Of a DNA stretch of 64,000 nt, positions 29,874-41,263 are shown in pieces. The number at the start of each line of letters is the position of its first letter. Positions within the stretch are counted from its first letter, which is position 1. Location of the stretch: the IMG/VR virus record IMGVR_UViG_3300044712_002668, positions 62,001 through 126,000 of that record; one strand, written 5' to 3'. The notes below the pieces were generated by a model. It ran no database searches. It was given only the letters and a program-made list of their open reading frames with translations, and had not been told where the DNA came from. The translations under genes and the position numbers were made by a program.

Positions 29874-32800
29874 ATGGGTTTTCTATCCGCTCTAAGTAAT
29901 GCAATAAACGATCAATTCGGTGTAGGTGAAAATACTACACATTCATTAGATCAGAATGGGGTTCCGTATGGAGCTTTAGGAACTAACCGAGAAACCAATG
30001 TAGGGTTTGCTGACAGAATAGATAACACAGCAGAGAGAACATATCTTGAAAACGGGTTTGTAAGAAATATAAGACCAAGAATAAGAGAGGTTTTATTTCA
30101 ACAACCAGATATTACAGTAGTATTTAAAAAGAGACTTTTTTCTTCATTAGCAACAAATACAAGACAAGATGTAATGGAAGAAAAAGAAAGAATCTTTCTT
30201 GCAGCTTCAAAAAGATTATTTCAAAATAAATGTAGAGTCATTTCTGCTTATGAAAAACTGACCAAAGTAGAACAGGTTGTAAAAGAATCCAAGCAATTCA
30301 ATACATATCTAGCTCCAATGATATTGAACGCAGTAGATACCATTAATTTAATGGGAATACCATTTGATGCAGATGTAAAAATTGCAATTGACAAGTTACG
30401 CAAAATAATGTCATATTCTGATCCTGGTGAGGTATCAAACTGGACTACCAATGATTGGGATTCTGTTTTTAACGATAAGCTTGGTGAGGGGCCTGGTACT
30501 TTTGAGCTTACAAACATAAGCGGATTCTCTTCCAATGTTGGATTGGATTGGGCATCTGGAAGTGCAAGTTTGACAATCGAAGATCCATACAATCTGATGA
30601 CAATTACTGAATCAGATATTGATCAGGCTTTATCAGATGTAGCCAACCCATTCAAAAGCCTCAGGTTTGGTAAGTTTACAGAAATTCAATTGAATAATAC
30701 CATTGCTGATTTGAAAGAACAATTGGCGGTAAAACGTGGTGCCAGAAATGCAAGTCAAATTACATTTATGACTTCAGAGGGGACTTTCTTATCTAGTAGG
30801 GTTAGAGCCGTTGTAGATCAAATAGGTACAGAGGTTATTTTTCAATATTCTACAGGTGTACAGAATGCTTTGAAAGGTATTGAAGATGCTAAAGATGGAA
30901 CATGGCAGGCTTTCAATTCTTCATTTGATCTATTTACACCAGGAACCGTCAATATTGACGCCAACTTTATAGCCAAAAAAAGTGAAGCAAACTCTTCTAC
31001 ATACAAACTAACTTCAGATGAAGCTAAATTGTTTTCAAGCATCATATGTGCAATATATACTTTGTTTGGATTTCATGCTACATCACAAAAGCAAATATTA
31101 AAAACAAATAAAACTTTAAATTATCCAAGAAATAGAATGAGAATGATGTTTAATGGTAAGAACATTATTCAATCAATGGATGTTATAAATATCTTTTTGA
31201 CAACAAGAACCAGTGAGGATCAGAAGCTAACAAGTGACTTCAGAAGCGCCAGGACAACTGGAAGTGTTGGGTTCAATGTTGCTAGAAAATTTGATACCAT
31301 GCTCAAGAGTGTAAATGATGGTATTATAAATCTAACAGAATCATTTTCCTTTACAGGGGCAGCGTTTGCAGAAGATTACGAAAGAAAAGCCATAGTAGGA
31401 GAGAAGTTTCCTTTATGGTTATGGAACCTTTTCAGAAATGATATTACCAAACAATCCGCTGGTACGGCAGTTTTTGTTGGCTTGGTAAAGGATTGTAAAT
31501 CTACCTTTAGTGATGGTAAATATACTGTCTCTGTAAGCTGTGAAGATAATGCCAATTACTTTACAAAGGGTCAGATAAACTTCCAACCATCTCCTGATTT
31601 GTTTTATGCGCCATTGTATGATCCTTTGACGCCATTCAATGTATCTTTTGATGGTTCAACGGGTGTTGCTATTACAGATCCAAGTATGGGTGATATTCCT
31701 GATTTGCTACCTGAGAACAAGACTCTTATTTTGAGTGGTGCGGTAGCTTTCAAGGCTGGTCCACGAAAAGGTGAGATGGCTAATTTGAATTCTTATCGTC
31801 AAGGTTCAAATGAATCCGTTTTCAGTGATATCAAGAAGGTTTTGTATGATCCTGATGGATTGGTATATCGTTGGAAACAAGGCATTCAAACAATGACCTA
31901 TAGTGATAGGGCAAACCCTGCTTCCAGCACAGAGCATGAAAGAAGTGTGTTATTAACCAATAAACCTTTTGCAGGACAGGATATGATGAATGTCATATCT
32001 CTTCTAATTACAGGACAGGCATATAACCCTTATACTTTTTTGAAAGCGGCATTACAAAATGGAAATAGCCTGGCACAAACAGACCCGGCTACAGGACAGC
32101 CTGTAGCGATTTCTTATATTATCGGGCTCATGACCGATCTACAGAAGAACAACTCATTGTGGGGCAATTTTGTGCCATTCAAGAAGCTTGTAATGGATCC
32201 TTCACTTGAGAGTTTTATTACCAAAACTCAGATTGATCTTACTCAAAGCATAAACTCTTTAAAAACAGCTATGAGTGAAAGAGCATCTATAATGGATGAG
32301 ATTACCCTGCTATGCGGAAAACAATATACTATAGATCAGTTGTTCTCTAGTTCTGCTACTACTGGAATGACTCAAAATAAAATAAAAACATTTAAGCAAT
32401 ATGCCGATAAGATAAAAGACATTGATAAACAAATAGCAGCTTTATCACAAACTTACACTCAAACAATAAACGATCCTAATAAGTCTCCAAATAATTTGAA
32501 TATAACTGTAACTGGAGATTCTATAGATTTGAACCCAAATCTTGCGGACATCAACCCCAAGGATAATGAAGCGCAAAGGTCTATTAAGAAACTAGAGCTT
32601 AGAAAGAAGCTAGCACAATTGACATTGAGACGTTTATGGCAGGTAAGAGCCAATGAGGATCCTAATTTTTTCATAGTAGACGATCAGTATGATAACAATT
32701 TTGACTTGATGGCTTTTGAAAGGAAACTTGGAAAGATAGATGCAATTTTCAATAGTCAATTTGGAACTGTTGGAGATCAGATAAAGACGGTAAGTACAAT

Positions 32801-35096
32801 TTTAGGTTTTGAGATATTTGCGAATACTCAAGGTCACATTGAAGCTCGTCCTCCTCAGTATAATAAAGTTCCAAGCAGTGTGTTTTATAAAATGTTTCAG
32901 GACCGGGCTGCATATGGCATAAAGGTTTTTCCAAGCTTTCTTGAAAACCTTTATTACAACCAAATGCATTCATTGATTGATCAGGTTTGTATTGTTGAAG
33001 ATGAGATTCGTTTGAGAGGAGCTGCTCTTGGAAAGTATACCGATTCTGATATCGCAAAAAACAATATCGGTGCAAATTTTGCATTTGTTACAGATGAAAA
33101 CACTGGAAAACTAACCAGCATACCTTCTGCGGTTTTGAATGCTTACCCTGATATGCAAGATCAGTTGTATGATAAAAAACTAGAGTCTCAGGGTAGTAGC
33201 GTAAATAAAGAAATGGATGCTGTAATCAAAGGATTGAAGTCTTTTTCACAAAGCATTTCAACACAGGCCAAAATACAGAACCTGTTCAATATAACACAAC
33301 AAAATGTGTTAGGAAAAGACGTAACTGTTTATGAAAGTCAAAGCATTTCCAGGGTTGATATGATTCGGGCAAGGATAATGGAAAAGACCAATCGTTCTGC
33401 TCCAACCCTATCTGAATTGTTTTCTAACGATAATTTCAGAACAAGTGGAAATATAAGCCAGACGGATCGTTTGAACATTATTCAACAAATGTCCAATTTC
33501 ATTTCCCAAAGACAAACGCTTTTGAAGTCATTGACCAATGTTATCAAAAACCTTCAAGAAGGTTTGGCAGTAAACAAACCAGAGCTTTCTGTAAATCCTA
33601 TGAACCAAGGTTTGGGAGCTATTGGAGGTGCTTTGACTGCAAACAGTGAAACAAGCGCAGATAAAGCTGCTCTAAATCCTTGGCTTTATCGTAAAACTGG
33701 AATTCCAGAACCATTATCACATATGATAGAGTATGAGGATAACGATGATTATGGAATAAATGCCGGTAAAAGGTTTGTTATAAAGGGGAATCGAATAATA
33801 AGCATGACAATAGAAGAGCATGCTCCTGACTATACAATGGTAGGGGTTAAGGGATTGATAGGAGAGGGTTTTATTCCTGGGCCTGGAAGTTTGAATACAG
33901 TTCTGGATGGAAACGTTATTCACACAGCATATGCTGTAGATTATGACTTATGGTATATGTATGGATTCAGGGCATCAAATACTATAGAGATACCATTCTT
34001 TAGTGATCCTGACTCTCAATGTGCTCCATATGCTTATTCATTATTACTAAAGGCAAGAGAGAATATTTTAATAGGTTCAGTAGAGGTTAATGGTTATAAT
34101 GAATTCTATCAACCAGGCGATGTTGTATACATTGAAGATAGGAACTTGTTATTTTATGTAAAGAATGTCTCTCATAATTTGAGTTATGGAAACGTCACTA
34201 CAACATTGACACTGACTTATGGACATTCTCCTGGAGAGTATATACCAAACATGTTGGATGTTGTTGGAAAGATTATGTACAATGCCCGTGGTTACCATGG
34301 ACAGTTGGGTAGGACTGCAAGAGCACCTACCCTGGGAGCTGCAAGATCGATGGGGGCCGTATCTTTACAAAACAGACATAACTCTGCTTTGAACGCGATA
34401 GAGAACAATGCAGTTGAAAGCTTTTTACAATCAAATCAAGATATTATGGATTACCTTTTCAAAGGCCCGATAGGAGAGCGAAATAAAGGTGTTCTGGCAA
34501 ACACTCTTGTAGCTATTAGTGGGGCTTATAATCAAACTGGATATAATAGATTTAAAACAAGAATAAGATTAGTATTTTATACTGATACAGAAGATCAATT
34601 TAGTACGTATAGTGTTTGTAAAGAAATAAAAAAATGGCTTATAACACCAGGTCAATATTCAAATCAATCTAATCAATTTATTAAACAACCAAATAAACTT
34701 GGAATTAATCCTGATGATATTATCATAGATCAAATTGCTTTGAGTACACAAAAAGTAATTAGAAAAGAACCTGCATTATCTGTTGTTCCATATGAATATC
34801 CTTTTCAAACAGCATCGCCAGCAGCTTGCAATATTACAAGGTTAATAACTGACAATAGTGCAAAGCAAGTTACACCAGATCAGTTCCGTCAATATCTTGA
34901 ACAGAATGTTGTTGATATATTTGTTGTATACAATACACCGGAGCAAGTACCAATAACAGCAAATAATACCAACAGCCAAGCCGGTCAAAATTCAGCAGCC
35001 GCTGTAAACTCAGCAACATCTAGAACTGGAACCAGTAGTAGTTCTGGTACCAATGCTGCTCTTGGTGGAATCAGGAGATCATCTAATGGCAACTAA
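29874..35096 (+). CDS. Baseplate hub protein (gp27/gpD-like) with large insertions
   Basis: FEIFANTQGHIEARPPQY and YQPGDVVYI...YVKNVSHNLSYG..TTTLTLTYG hub-type C-terminus; synteny. Confidence 0.6.
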   Translation: MGFLSALSNAINDQFGVGENTTHSLDQNGVPYGALGTNRETNVGFADRIDNTAERTYLENGFVRNIRPRIREVLFQQPDITVVFKKRLFSSLATNTRQDVMEEKERIFLAASKRLFQNKCRVISAYEKLTKVEQVVKESKQFNTYLAPMILNAVDTINLMGIPFDADVKIAIDKLRKIMSYSDPGEVSNWTTNDWDSVFNDKLGEGPGTFELTNISGFSSNVGLDWASGSASLTIEDPYNLMTITESDIDQALSDVANPFKSLRFGKFTEIQLNNTIADLKEQLAVKRGARNASQITFMTSEGTFLSSRVRAVVDQIGTEVIFQYSTGVQNALKGIEDAKDGTWQAFNSSFDLFTPGTVNIDANFIAKKSEANSSTYKLTSDEAKLFSSIICAIYTLFGFHATSQKQILKTNKTLNYPRNRMRMMFNGKNIIQSMDVINIFLTTRTSEDQKLTSDFRSARTTGSVGFNVARKFDTMLKSVNDGIINLTESFSFTGAAFAEDYERKAIVGEKFPLWLWNLFRNDITKQSAGTAVFVGLVKDCKSTFSDGKYTVSVSCEDNANYFTKGQINFQPSPDLFYAPLYDPLTPFNVSFDGSTGVAITDPSMGDIPDLLPENKTLILSGAVAFKAGPRKGEMANLNSYRQGSNESVFSDIKKVLYDPDGLVYRWKQGIQTMTYSDRANPASSTEHERSVLLTNKPFAGQDMMNVISLLITGQAYNPYTFLKAALQNGNSLAQTDPATGQPVAISYIIGLMTDLQKNNSLWGNFVPFKKLVMDPSLESFITKTQIDLTQSINSLKTAMSERASIMDEITLLCGKQYTIDQLFSSSATTGMTQNKIKTFKQYADKIKDIDKQIAALSQTYTQTINDPNKSPNNLNITVTGDSIDLNPNLADINPKDNEAQRSIKKLELRKKLAQLTLRRLWQVRANEDPNFFIVDDQYDNNFDLMAFERKLGKIDAIFNSQFGTVGDQIKTVSTILGFEIFANTQGHIEARPPQYNKVPSSVFYKMFQDRAAYGIKVFPSFLENLYYNQMHSLIDQVCIVEDEIRLRGAALGKYTDSDIAKNNIGANFAFVTDENTGKLTSIPSAVLNAYPDMQDQLYDKKLESQGSSVNKEMDAVIKGLKSFSQSISTQAKIQNLFNITQQNVLGKDVTVYESQSISRVDMIRARIMEKTNRSAPTLSELFSNDNFRTSGNISQTDRLNIIQQMSNFISQRQTLLKSLTNVIKNLQEGLAVNKPELSVNPMNQGLGAIGGALTANSETSADKAALNPWLYRKTGIPEPLSHMIEYEDNDDYGINAGKRFVIKGNRIISMTIEEHAPDYTMVGVKGLIGEGFIPGPGSLNTVLDGNVIHTAYAVDYDLWYMYGFRASNTIEIPFFSDPDSQCAPYAYSLLLKARENILIGSVEVNGYNEFYQPGDVVYIEDRNLLFYVKNVSHNLSYGNVTTTLTLTYGHSPGEYIPNMLDVVGKIMYNARGYHGQLGRTARAPTLGAARSMGAVSLQNRHNSALNAIENNAVESFLQSNQDIMDYLFKGPIGERNKGVLANTLVAISGAYNQTGYNRFKTRIRLVFYTDTEDQFSTYSVCKEIKKWLITPGQYSNQSNQFIKQPNKLGINPDDIIIDQIALSTQKVIRKEPALSVVPYEYPFQTASPAACNITRLITDNSAKQVTPDQFRQYLEQNVVDIFVVYNTPEQVPITANNTNSQAGQNSAAAVNSATSRTGTSSSSGTNAALGGIRRSSNGN

Positions 35097-37125
35097 AATT
35101 GGACCTCATATATTTGCCTTTCAACGAGGTATAATTAAAAGTGTAGATATTTATTCTGGTATTGTAAAGTTTAAATATCTATCTGGAAATAAAGAAGATG
35201 ATGAGGCAAAACTTCCTGCCGGTTGGGTTGGTCAAGGTGGTGAAATCTCTCTTGGCTACCCATCTCCTAATACCCTGATTTATATAGGTCTTGATCAGGG
35301 TGGTGAGAAAATTGTTGTTGGTTATGATCTGCCAAATCAATCCACCTATGTTGATTGGTCAAGAATTCCAGAAGGCGGCTGGGCTACTTTAACAAAAAAT
35401 GATATCGGTATTATCGCTGATCCTGATGCTGGTGTAATTACAGGTAGTACAAATCAATACATACAATCAGATCCTGTAAGAAACATTACCAGTTCAACAT
35501 TCGATTCAGAGATGAGTTTTTCTGAAGCTCATCGTCAAGTAATAGGACCTGTTCTAAGAGACTTGCTTCCAAATGCAAGCCGCAACCAAAGTTATTCAGC
35601 TTTAACAGATCATATTTATAATGATATGCTTAATAAGGTTGGAATAGATCCTAAAACTATAACAACCGATTCGCAATTGAATGATTATTCAAACAGGAAC
35701 CCAGCATTCATTGAAGCGCGTTCATTGTTTTATGAGTTTGAACACAGCTATGGTTATACAAACGATCCAGAGGAGATAAAGCTTTATAAAGGAGATGACC
35801 TTCCTGAATACTCTGGATTCAAACGCAGGGATAGTAGAGCTGATACCTTGAGCTTGGCCTTGGATAGACCTAATCAATTAATGGAAAGCATCATAGGTAC
35901 AGTTATTGATGTGTATGGAAATATACTTGATTTGAATAGAGCTATCCTACCTAATGGATTGATTGACTCATTGTCATTGAGTACTACAGAAGGTCAAAAA
36001 TCTGAAATCTTTAAAAAACTAAGAGAGCAAATAAGAAAGAGCATAGCTTTTCACTGGGAGTTGAATGCAAGAAAGGCTGGCCTTGATGAGAAGCTTCAAG
36101 ATCTTGATAATGTAAATGATTATGCAAGACAAAGAAGCCGTTTGTTTTTGGACATTGATAAGGAAGGGCAGTTCAAAATAAACATTCCTTCTTCAAGTGA
36201 AACAGGTAACGTTCCATTGCTTACACGTTATGAGAACTTCTCTGTTTTATATGGAGCAAAAAACAACAAAGATCGTGATTTGTTTATTCCTAATGAAGAT
36301 GATATTGATATCAATTTAGATACCCATGGTAAAGGGGTTATAGAGCTTGTAAGCGGAGATGAGAATCTTAATGGTTTTGCTGCTCCAAATGAAAGAATAC
36401 CAGTTACAGCATCTACTTCTGATAACCCTAACGTAGTCTCAAGATATCCACAGATACGCTTAGGAACAGGTTTCCATAATATAGCAAAGGGGTTGTTCTT
36501 ACATCAGATACAAAGACCATACGGGGATAGGAAGAATCCTGGTGATATGGGTAATGGTAGCTATGACTCTAGCTTGATAAACTATGTATCACCAATAGGG
36601 GATCTTGTCTCATCACAGATTAAGGTATCTGGGCCAAATGCAAATGCCGGGGGAAGAAGTGGAACCATTTCTTTAGATGGGTTTATATCTGTTAGCATTG
36701 GAGCTAATACAGTTGATAGACAGAGTCTATGGATGGATATGGCTGGTGGAGCGGTGATGAATGTTGGAAGGGATAGGTTCAATCGTTCACTAGCAGCTAC
36801 CATGGATGGCGATGTTTATATGCAAGTGGGTGGTTATACCATTACTGATGATAGTAGGTTCAGTGATCCTGCTGTGTTCAATAACAATGTAAGGGATGGT
36901 ACGGTAGATATAAGGGTTTGGAACTCTGGAAGTTTTCATACGGTAAGAATTGATCCTACGGGCATAAATATTCATAGTCCTGGAAACATTACAGTGGTAG
37001 CTGAGACTAATTTGAGATTAAAAGCACTTCGTGGTAATTTATTACTTGAAGGTGAAAAGATAATATTCTTTGGAGATTTGGATCCAAGAGGTCTAACAAG
37101 ACAGAGCGGATCAATAAGAGGTTGA
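35086..37125 (+). CDS. Baseplate central spike (gp5/gpV-like)
   Basis: N-terminal OB-fold-like GIIKSVD..G.VK; C-terminal beta repeats (GINIHSPGNITVVAETNLRLKA); AGGAG RBS before ATG 35086. Confidence 0.6.
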   Translation: MATKIGPHIFAFQRGIIKSVDIYSGIVKFKYLSGNKEDDEAKLPAGWVGQGGEISLGYPSPNTLIYIGLDQGGEKIVVGYDLPNQSTYVDWSRIPEGGWATLTKNDIGIIADPDAGVITGSTNQYIQSDPVRNITSSTFDSEMSFSEAHRQVIGPVLRDLLPNASRNQSYSALTDHIYNDMLNKVGIDPKTITTDSQLNDYSNRNPAFIEARSLFYEFEHSYGYTNDPEEIKLYKGDDLPEYSGFKRRDSRADTLSLALDRPNQLMESIIGTVIDVYGNILDLNRAILPNGLIDSLSLSTTEGQKSEIFKKLREQIRKSIAFHWELNARKAGLDEKLQDLDNVNDYARQRSRLFLDIDKEGQFKINIPSSSETGNVPLLTRYENFSVLYGAKNNKDRDLFIPNEDDIDINLDTHGKGVIELVSGDENLNGFAAPNERIPVTASTSDNPNVVSRYPQIRLGTGFHNIAKGLFLHQIQRPYGDRKNPGDMGNGSYDSSLINYVSPIGDLVSSQIKVSGPNANAGGRSGTISLDGFISVSIGANTVDRQSLWMDMAGGAVMNVGRDRFNRSLAATMDGDVYMQVGGYTITDDSRFSDPAVFNNNVRDGTVDIRVWNSGSFHTVRIDPTGINIHSPGNITVVAETNLRLKALRGNLLLEGEKIIFFGDLDPRGLTRQSGSIRG

Positions 37126-37126
37126 A

Positions 37127-39175
37127 ATGGTTTGTGATCCATCACAGAATACAATTAATATAACACCAGGGGTTCCTCCATCTATTCCGGGGATGGGTCC
37201 GCCATTTTCTGTTCCAAAAATTCCATACCCTGATGTGGTTCCTCTCGAAAACTTCCCAGAAGATATCCTTGCATTGATAGATAGATTTTTTGCTATCCTT
37301 CCAACCAATCTCAAGCTGATACCAAATGTAAATAGCCTTACAAAAAACGTCTGGGATATTCTGGCAAGTTTGTTCGATCAGCTAGCTCCATTCTTGGCTT
37401 TGTATAGTTTTTTTCAAGCTTTATTAAATATAATACTTTGTATATTTGATGTATTCTGTTCCTTAATCTGGGGAGCCCCATCAGCACTTATAAGAGTTTT
37501 TAAAAAATGCTTACCTGACTTTCTATCTTTATTCCCTTGGCTGGCTTTGCTCGCCATGATTATAGCATTATTGCTATTACTATTGGCTTTGATAGAATAT
37601 TTGATACAACAGATAGTTAATTTTATAAACAAGATTATTCAGAACTTCAAGGTTCTTGCCAAGGCTATGCAACGTAGTGATGAAGATGGTATCTTGTCTT
37701 GTATTCAAAAGATATCAGAAGTATTATGTTTGTTGGAACAGCTATTTGCTATGCTTTATGCCATAGCTGCTTTGTTTGCCATCATAGAGCCGTTGATGGG
37801 TATTATTGGTCGTGGTGTATGTTCTGATAGTGGTGACTGTTGCAGTGATCCTGCACTGTGCCCTCCATTCTTGAAGGGTAACTCAAGTGGAACGGTTAGT
37901 GCCGATGGTTATTTCACTTATTATAATCAGGTAGTAACAACAGATGGTATAGTGTTACGAAACAACATGTGGCAATTCTATGATAGATATGCCGTCCCAG
38001 GCAGTACAACAGCCTTTAGTAATGTTATTACTGTTGTTTACGATTTGGATGGTAAAGGTCATACTTATTGGCCTGAAGGAGAGTCCTATTCAACTACAGC
38101 TAATCCCGATCAAGTTCCATATAATCTTGATATGTTATTTGATAAGAGTGGAAAAACATACTCTGTACAGAAAGCTATCGTTACTTTGAGACCGTCACTC
38201 ATGTATCAAGAATGGAACAACAATGGAAGGTCTGTTGACAGCGGAGTGTTGAACATTGGTGGTGGTTTGGTTTATGAAGCCAATATAGATGGCTCTGGCA
38301 ACATTGACGGTTATATTCCCGTTACCATCAATGGGGTTCAAGCAACTCTTAATACTTTTATATATTCAAATCCTTCTACTACATACCCAGGTTATGATGA
38401 CACTCAATATTATACAAATGTAAAGTATAATTTCAAACCAAATCATAACATACTATTTAGTAAGAATTTAGTGGGTATGATGTGTAATCCAGATACGGCT
38501 GCAGAGGCTGCAATCCTTAATGCTCAGTTCAATGATTTGAGAAGTGTAGGGGAGAGGATTGGTGCATTGCCAAATGTAACCGCTGCTATTGTGGCATTAC
38601 AGGCGGCTTTAGCGGCTTATAGAAAGAACATGACACCTGAAACGTCTGCAGCATTCCAGCAGGCATGTACTGATATTTTGAATAAACTTGGAGCAGATAC
38701 GGCGGCTACAGTTATCAAAGCAATTAATGCAGCAATGGATAGATATCATTCTGAATTTACAATTCATCCTGATCTTCAGTTTACAGATCAAAAGATGTTG
38801 GTTACATTTATTCCTAAAGATTATTCTGGAGCGTCTATTTGTCCAAATCTGCCAGTATCGGTATCTTCACAAATTGAGCTTAATATAATAGGTGAGCCAA
38901 CCCTTGGAACAATCTCATCTTTCAAATATGATGGTTACAATTATTTCATTGCCGAGCTATCTTCTGAAGAAGCTGGTTCAGGAGAACTTAAGATAAAAAT
39001 AAATGGAGAGTATGTATCAAGGATAGATACGACTACAACACCATCTACAAACACCATAGTAACAGTACCATATAAATTTGTCAGTCAAGTGGCTACATAT
39101 GGCCGTCCATACACTGCTGGTGAGGGTCCGGGTGCTGGTGGAGATCATACCGGCGTTGAAAGAGATAACAGGTAA
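37127..39175 (+). CDS. Spike-adjacent protein with long hydrophobic helices, a Cys cluster and an Ig-like C-terminus
   Basis: WLALLAMIIALLLLLLALIEYL; CSDSGDCCSDPALC; 3 DGY. Confidence 0.5.
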   Translation: MVCDPSQNTINITPGVPPSIPGMGPPFSVPKIPYPDVVPLENFPEDILALIDRFFAILPTNLKLIPNVNSLTKNVWDILASLFDQLAPFLALYSFFQALLNIILCIFDVFCSLIWGAPSALIRVFKKCLPDFLSLFPWLALLAMIIALLLLLLALIEYLIQQIVNFINKIIQNFKVLAKAMQRSDEDGILSCIQKISEVLCLLEQLFAMLYAIAALFAIIEPLMGIIGRGVCSDSGDCCSDPALCPPFLKGNSSGTVSADGYFTYYNQVVTTDGIVLRNNMWQFYDRYAVPGSTTAFSNVITVVYDLDGKGHTYWPEGESYSTTANPDQVPYNLDMLFDKSGKTYSVQKAIVTLRPSLMYQEWNNNGRSVDSGVLNIGGGLVYEANIDGSGNIDGYIPVTINGVQATLNTFIYSNPSTTYPGYDDTQYYTNVKYNFKPNHNILFSKNLVGMMCNPDTAAEAAILNAQFNDLRSVGERIGALPNVTAAIVALQAALAAYRKNMTPETSAAFQQACTDILNKLGADTAATVIKAINAAMDRYHSEFTIHPDLQFTDQKMLVTFIPKDYSGASICPNLPVSVSSQIELNIIGEPTLGTISSFKYDGYNYFIAELSSEEAGSGELKIKINGEYVSRIDTTTTPSTNTIVTVPYKFVSQVATYGRPYTAGEGPGAGGDHTGVERDNR

Positions 39176-39178
39176 TAT

Positions 39179-40825
39179 ATGGCAAGTGATCAAATTAAAT
39201 GGCTTAGTATATATGATGATTTTTCAAACCTTGATGTTGATACAGATTCGTTGTATCAAAAATTCATACAACCAATTGAGAATTACAGAAGTAATACCGT
39301 AGTAAACGTGTATGATAAACAAGATGATTCTAAAAATCCAAAGCCAATAAAATCAAACTCTGAACAAACAGAAAGCAGGGCTCATGCTTTTTACAGGATG
39401 CTTGGACTTCCTGTTATTGCTTCTGATTCTTTGTATTATAATCCTGGGTTTCCTAGAAGCGCAAATATATCAGTAGATAAAAATAGCGTAAAACAACAGG
39501 TTTCAAAAACAGTAACAGATATGCAGGCCACAAGGGAGAGGGGCTGCGCAAAAAGAAAAAACATTTTTAAAAACGGAATGAAACCAGCATCGTTATATTC
39601 TTTGATGTTATCATTGTTAAGAATAAAACATAAGTTTCAGGTTATGGATAAGTTTTCTTCTTGGAATGATAAAGACCTTCAAAACATATCCGTTGAAGAT
39701 ATTAAAAAACAAATAATCAAGATGTATAAAAATACATCAGATGGCTCTACCATAAACATGTCAGAGTTTCCTGACATTCCACACAATCATATTTTAAGAC
39801 CCCTTACTACAGATCCTGTCATCTGTGAGAATATTACACCTCCAAATAATATTGTATGTTCTCCCTTTCTAAAAGAGAACTCTGATACTGAGATAGATAG
39901 AAATGTGTTTCTAAAGCGTCCTGGTATTGAGTTTATTTTGCGATTGAGATTGAAACAACAACAGGTTCCTATAACAGACGCTGAAATAACAAGTTTTTTT
40001 GAGCTTTCAGATGCAGCCTTCAAAAATGGTACAAAAAGCAGTTCAGATCCTTCGTATGTTGTAGATCCTGATAAGTACTCATTTTCATTAAGTGAAACAA
40101 CAACTGTAAAATTACTTAGAACGATTAAAGGCTTGGTAAGAGAATATGTAGAACATTGTAATGTTCTTGAGCGTCTTGAGAAAGAATTGATTTGGGTTCC
40201 TATGTGTTCTGAATCAGGACCAGAGAATGGAACAACTATAAATGCTTCTTTTATAAAACAAGAAAGTGTAAGTTATAAAAATAATATCGATGTAAAAATA
40301 GAAAACACAACAGTTGATGATTTGATTGCTACAAGACAACAAGATTTAAACAGTATTTTCAATAACACTGGAAATAATACTATAGATTATTCTAGTTTTA
40401 CAATATCAGAATTCAACAATGTTGAGTCAAACATTTCTAAAAACCTAGCAAGGTTAAAATCTCAAAGGAACTCTAAGCGTACAGATGCCAGCAATCGTAT
40501 GAAAGCTATTGAGATTATTACTGGGGAGGTAAGCGGTCTTGGATTGATTGATGTGTTGGCTATTTATGCTGCCTTATGGTCAGTTGATGTTACAGTATTA
40601 TTGGGATTGCTTGATACAGATGCTTTGAGCAGATTGAAAACCATTACTACACTAAACTCACCAGATATACAGGCTGCTGTTTCTGGAAACGGAATGACCG
40701 TAACGAATGCGATACAAGCTTTAGAAGATCGTGTGATAGTTATTTTAAATGAGGTTGATAACATTATGGCTGGAACACTACATAATGCAGCAAATTCTCA
40801 TACAGGTACAGTTATCAGTAAATGA
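39179..40825 (+). CDS. Hypothetical baseplate-region protein
   Basis: 548-aa ORF between spike-associated genes and the gp25-like gene. Confidence 0.5.
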   Translation: MASDQIKWLSIYDDFSNLDVDTDSLYQKFIQPIENYRSNTVVNVYDKQDDSKNPKPIKSNSEQTESRAHAFYRMLGLPVIASDSLYYNPGFPRSANISVDKNSVKQQVSKTVTDMQATRERGCAKRKNIFKNGMKPASLYSLMLSLLRIKHKFQVMDKFSSWNDKDLQNISVEDIKKQIIKMYKNTSDGSTINMSEFPDIPHNHILRPLTTDPVICENITPPNNIVCSPFLKENSDTEIDRNVFLKRPGIEFILRLRLKQQQVPITDAEITSFFELSDAAFKNGTKSSSDPSYVVDPDKYSFSLSETTTVKLLRTIKGLVREYVEHCNVLERLEKELIWVPMCSESGPENGTTINASFIKQESVSYKNNIDVKIENTTVDDLIATRQQDLNSIFNNTGNNTIDYSSFTISEFNNVESNISKNLARLKSQRNSKRTDASNRMKAIEIITGEVSGLGLIDVLAIYAALWSVDVTVLLGLLDTDALSRLKTITTLNSPDIQAAVSGNGMTVTNAIQALEDRVIVILNEVDNIMAGTLHNAANSHTGTVISK

Positions 40826-40831
40826 GGCTAT

Positions 40832-41263
40832 ATGTCTTTTGATCTTAAATTGGAAAATGGAGATTTGCTTGTAAAGTCAGGGGACTTGCAAACCGTTGAA
40901 AATAATGATAAATTAGTTCAAGATATCTTGAAAATTTTAAGCACCCCTATGGGTGGTAACCCATTCTTTCCTGCATATGGCTCTCCAATCAATTCCGCTA
41001 TGATTGGAAATTATTACGATATAGATTTTGTAAGGAATGTAACTACACAACAGATAAGAACAACGTTGGAGAGATTGCAGCAATTACAAGCGGATCAATT
41101 AAGGAACAACCAGATAGTAACACCTTTTGAACAGCTTGCTGCGATACAAAGTGTAAGTGTAAACAATATACCTCAAGACCCTAGATACTATGCTATATCC
41201 TTGACCGTTATTTCAAAGGCTTTTCGTAGGGTTGATATTCCTTTTATGGTAGTTTCTGCTTAA
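40832..41263 (+). CDS. Baseplate wedge / sheath initiator (gp25-like)
   Basis: DLKLENGDL, KLVQDILKILSTPMG.NPFFPAYGS. Confidence 0.82.
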   Translation: MSFDLKLENGDLLVKSGDLQTVENNDKLVQDILKILSTPMGGNPFFPAYGSPINSAMIGNYYDIDFVRNVTTQQIRTTLERLQQLQADQLRNNQIVTPFEQLAAIQSVSVNNIPQDPRYYAISLTVISKAFRRVDIPFMVVSA

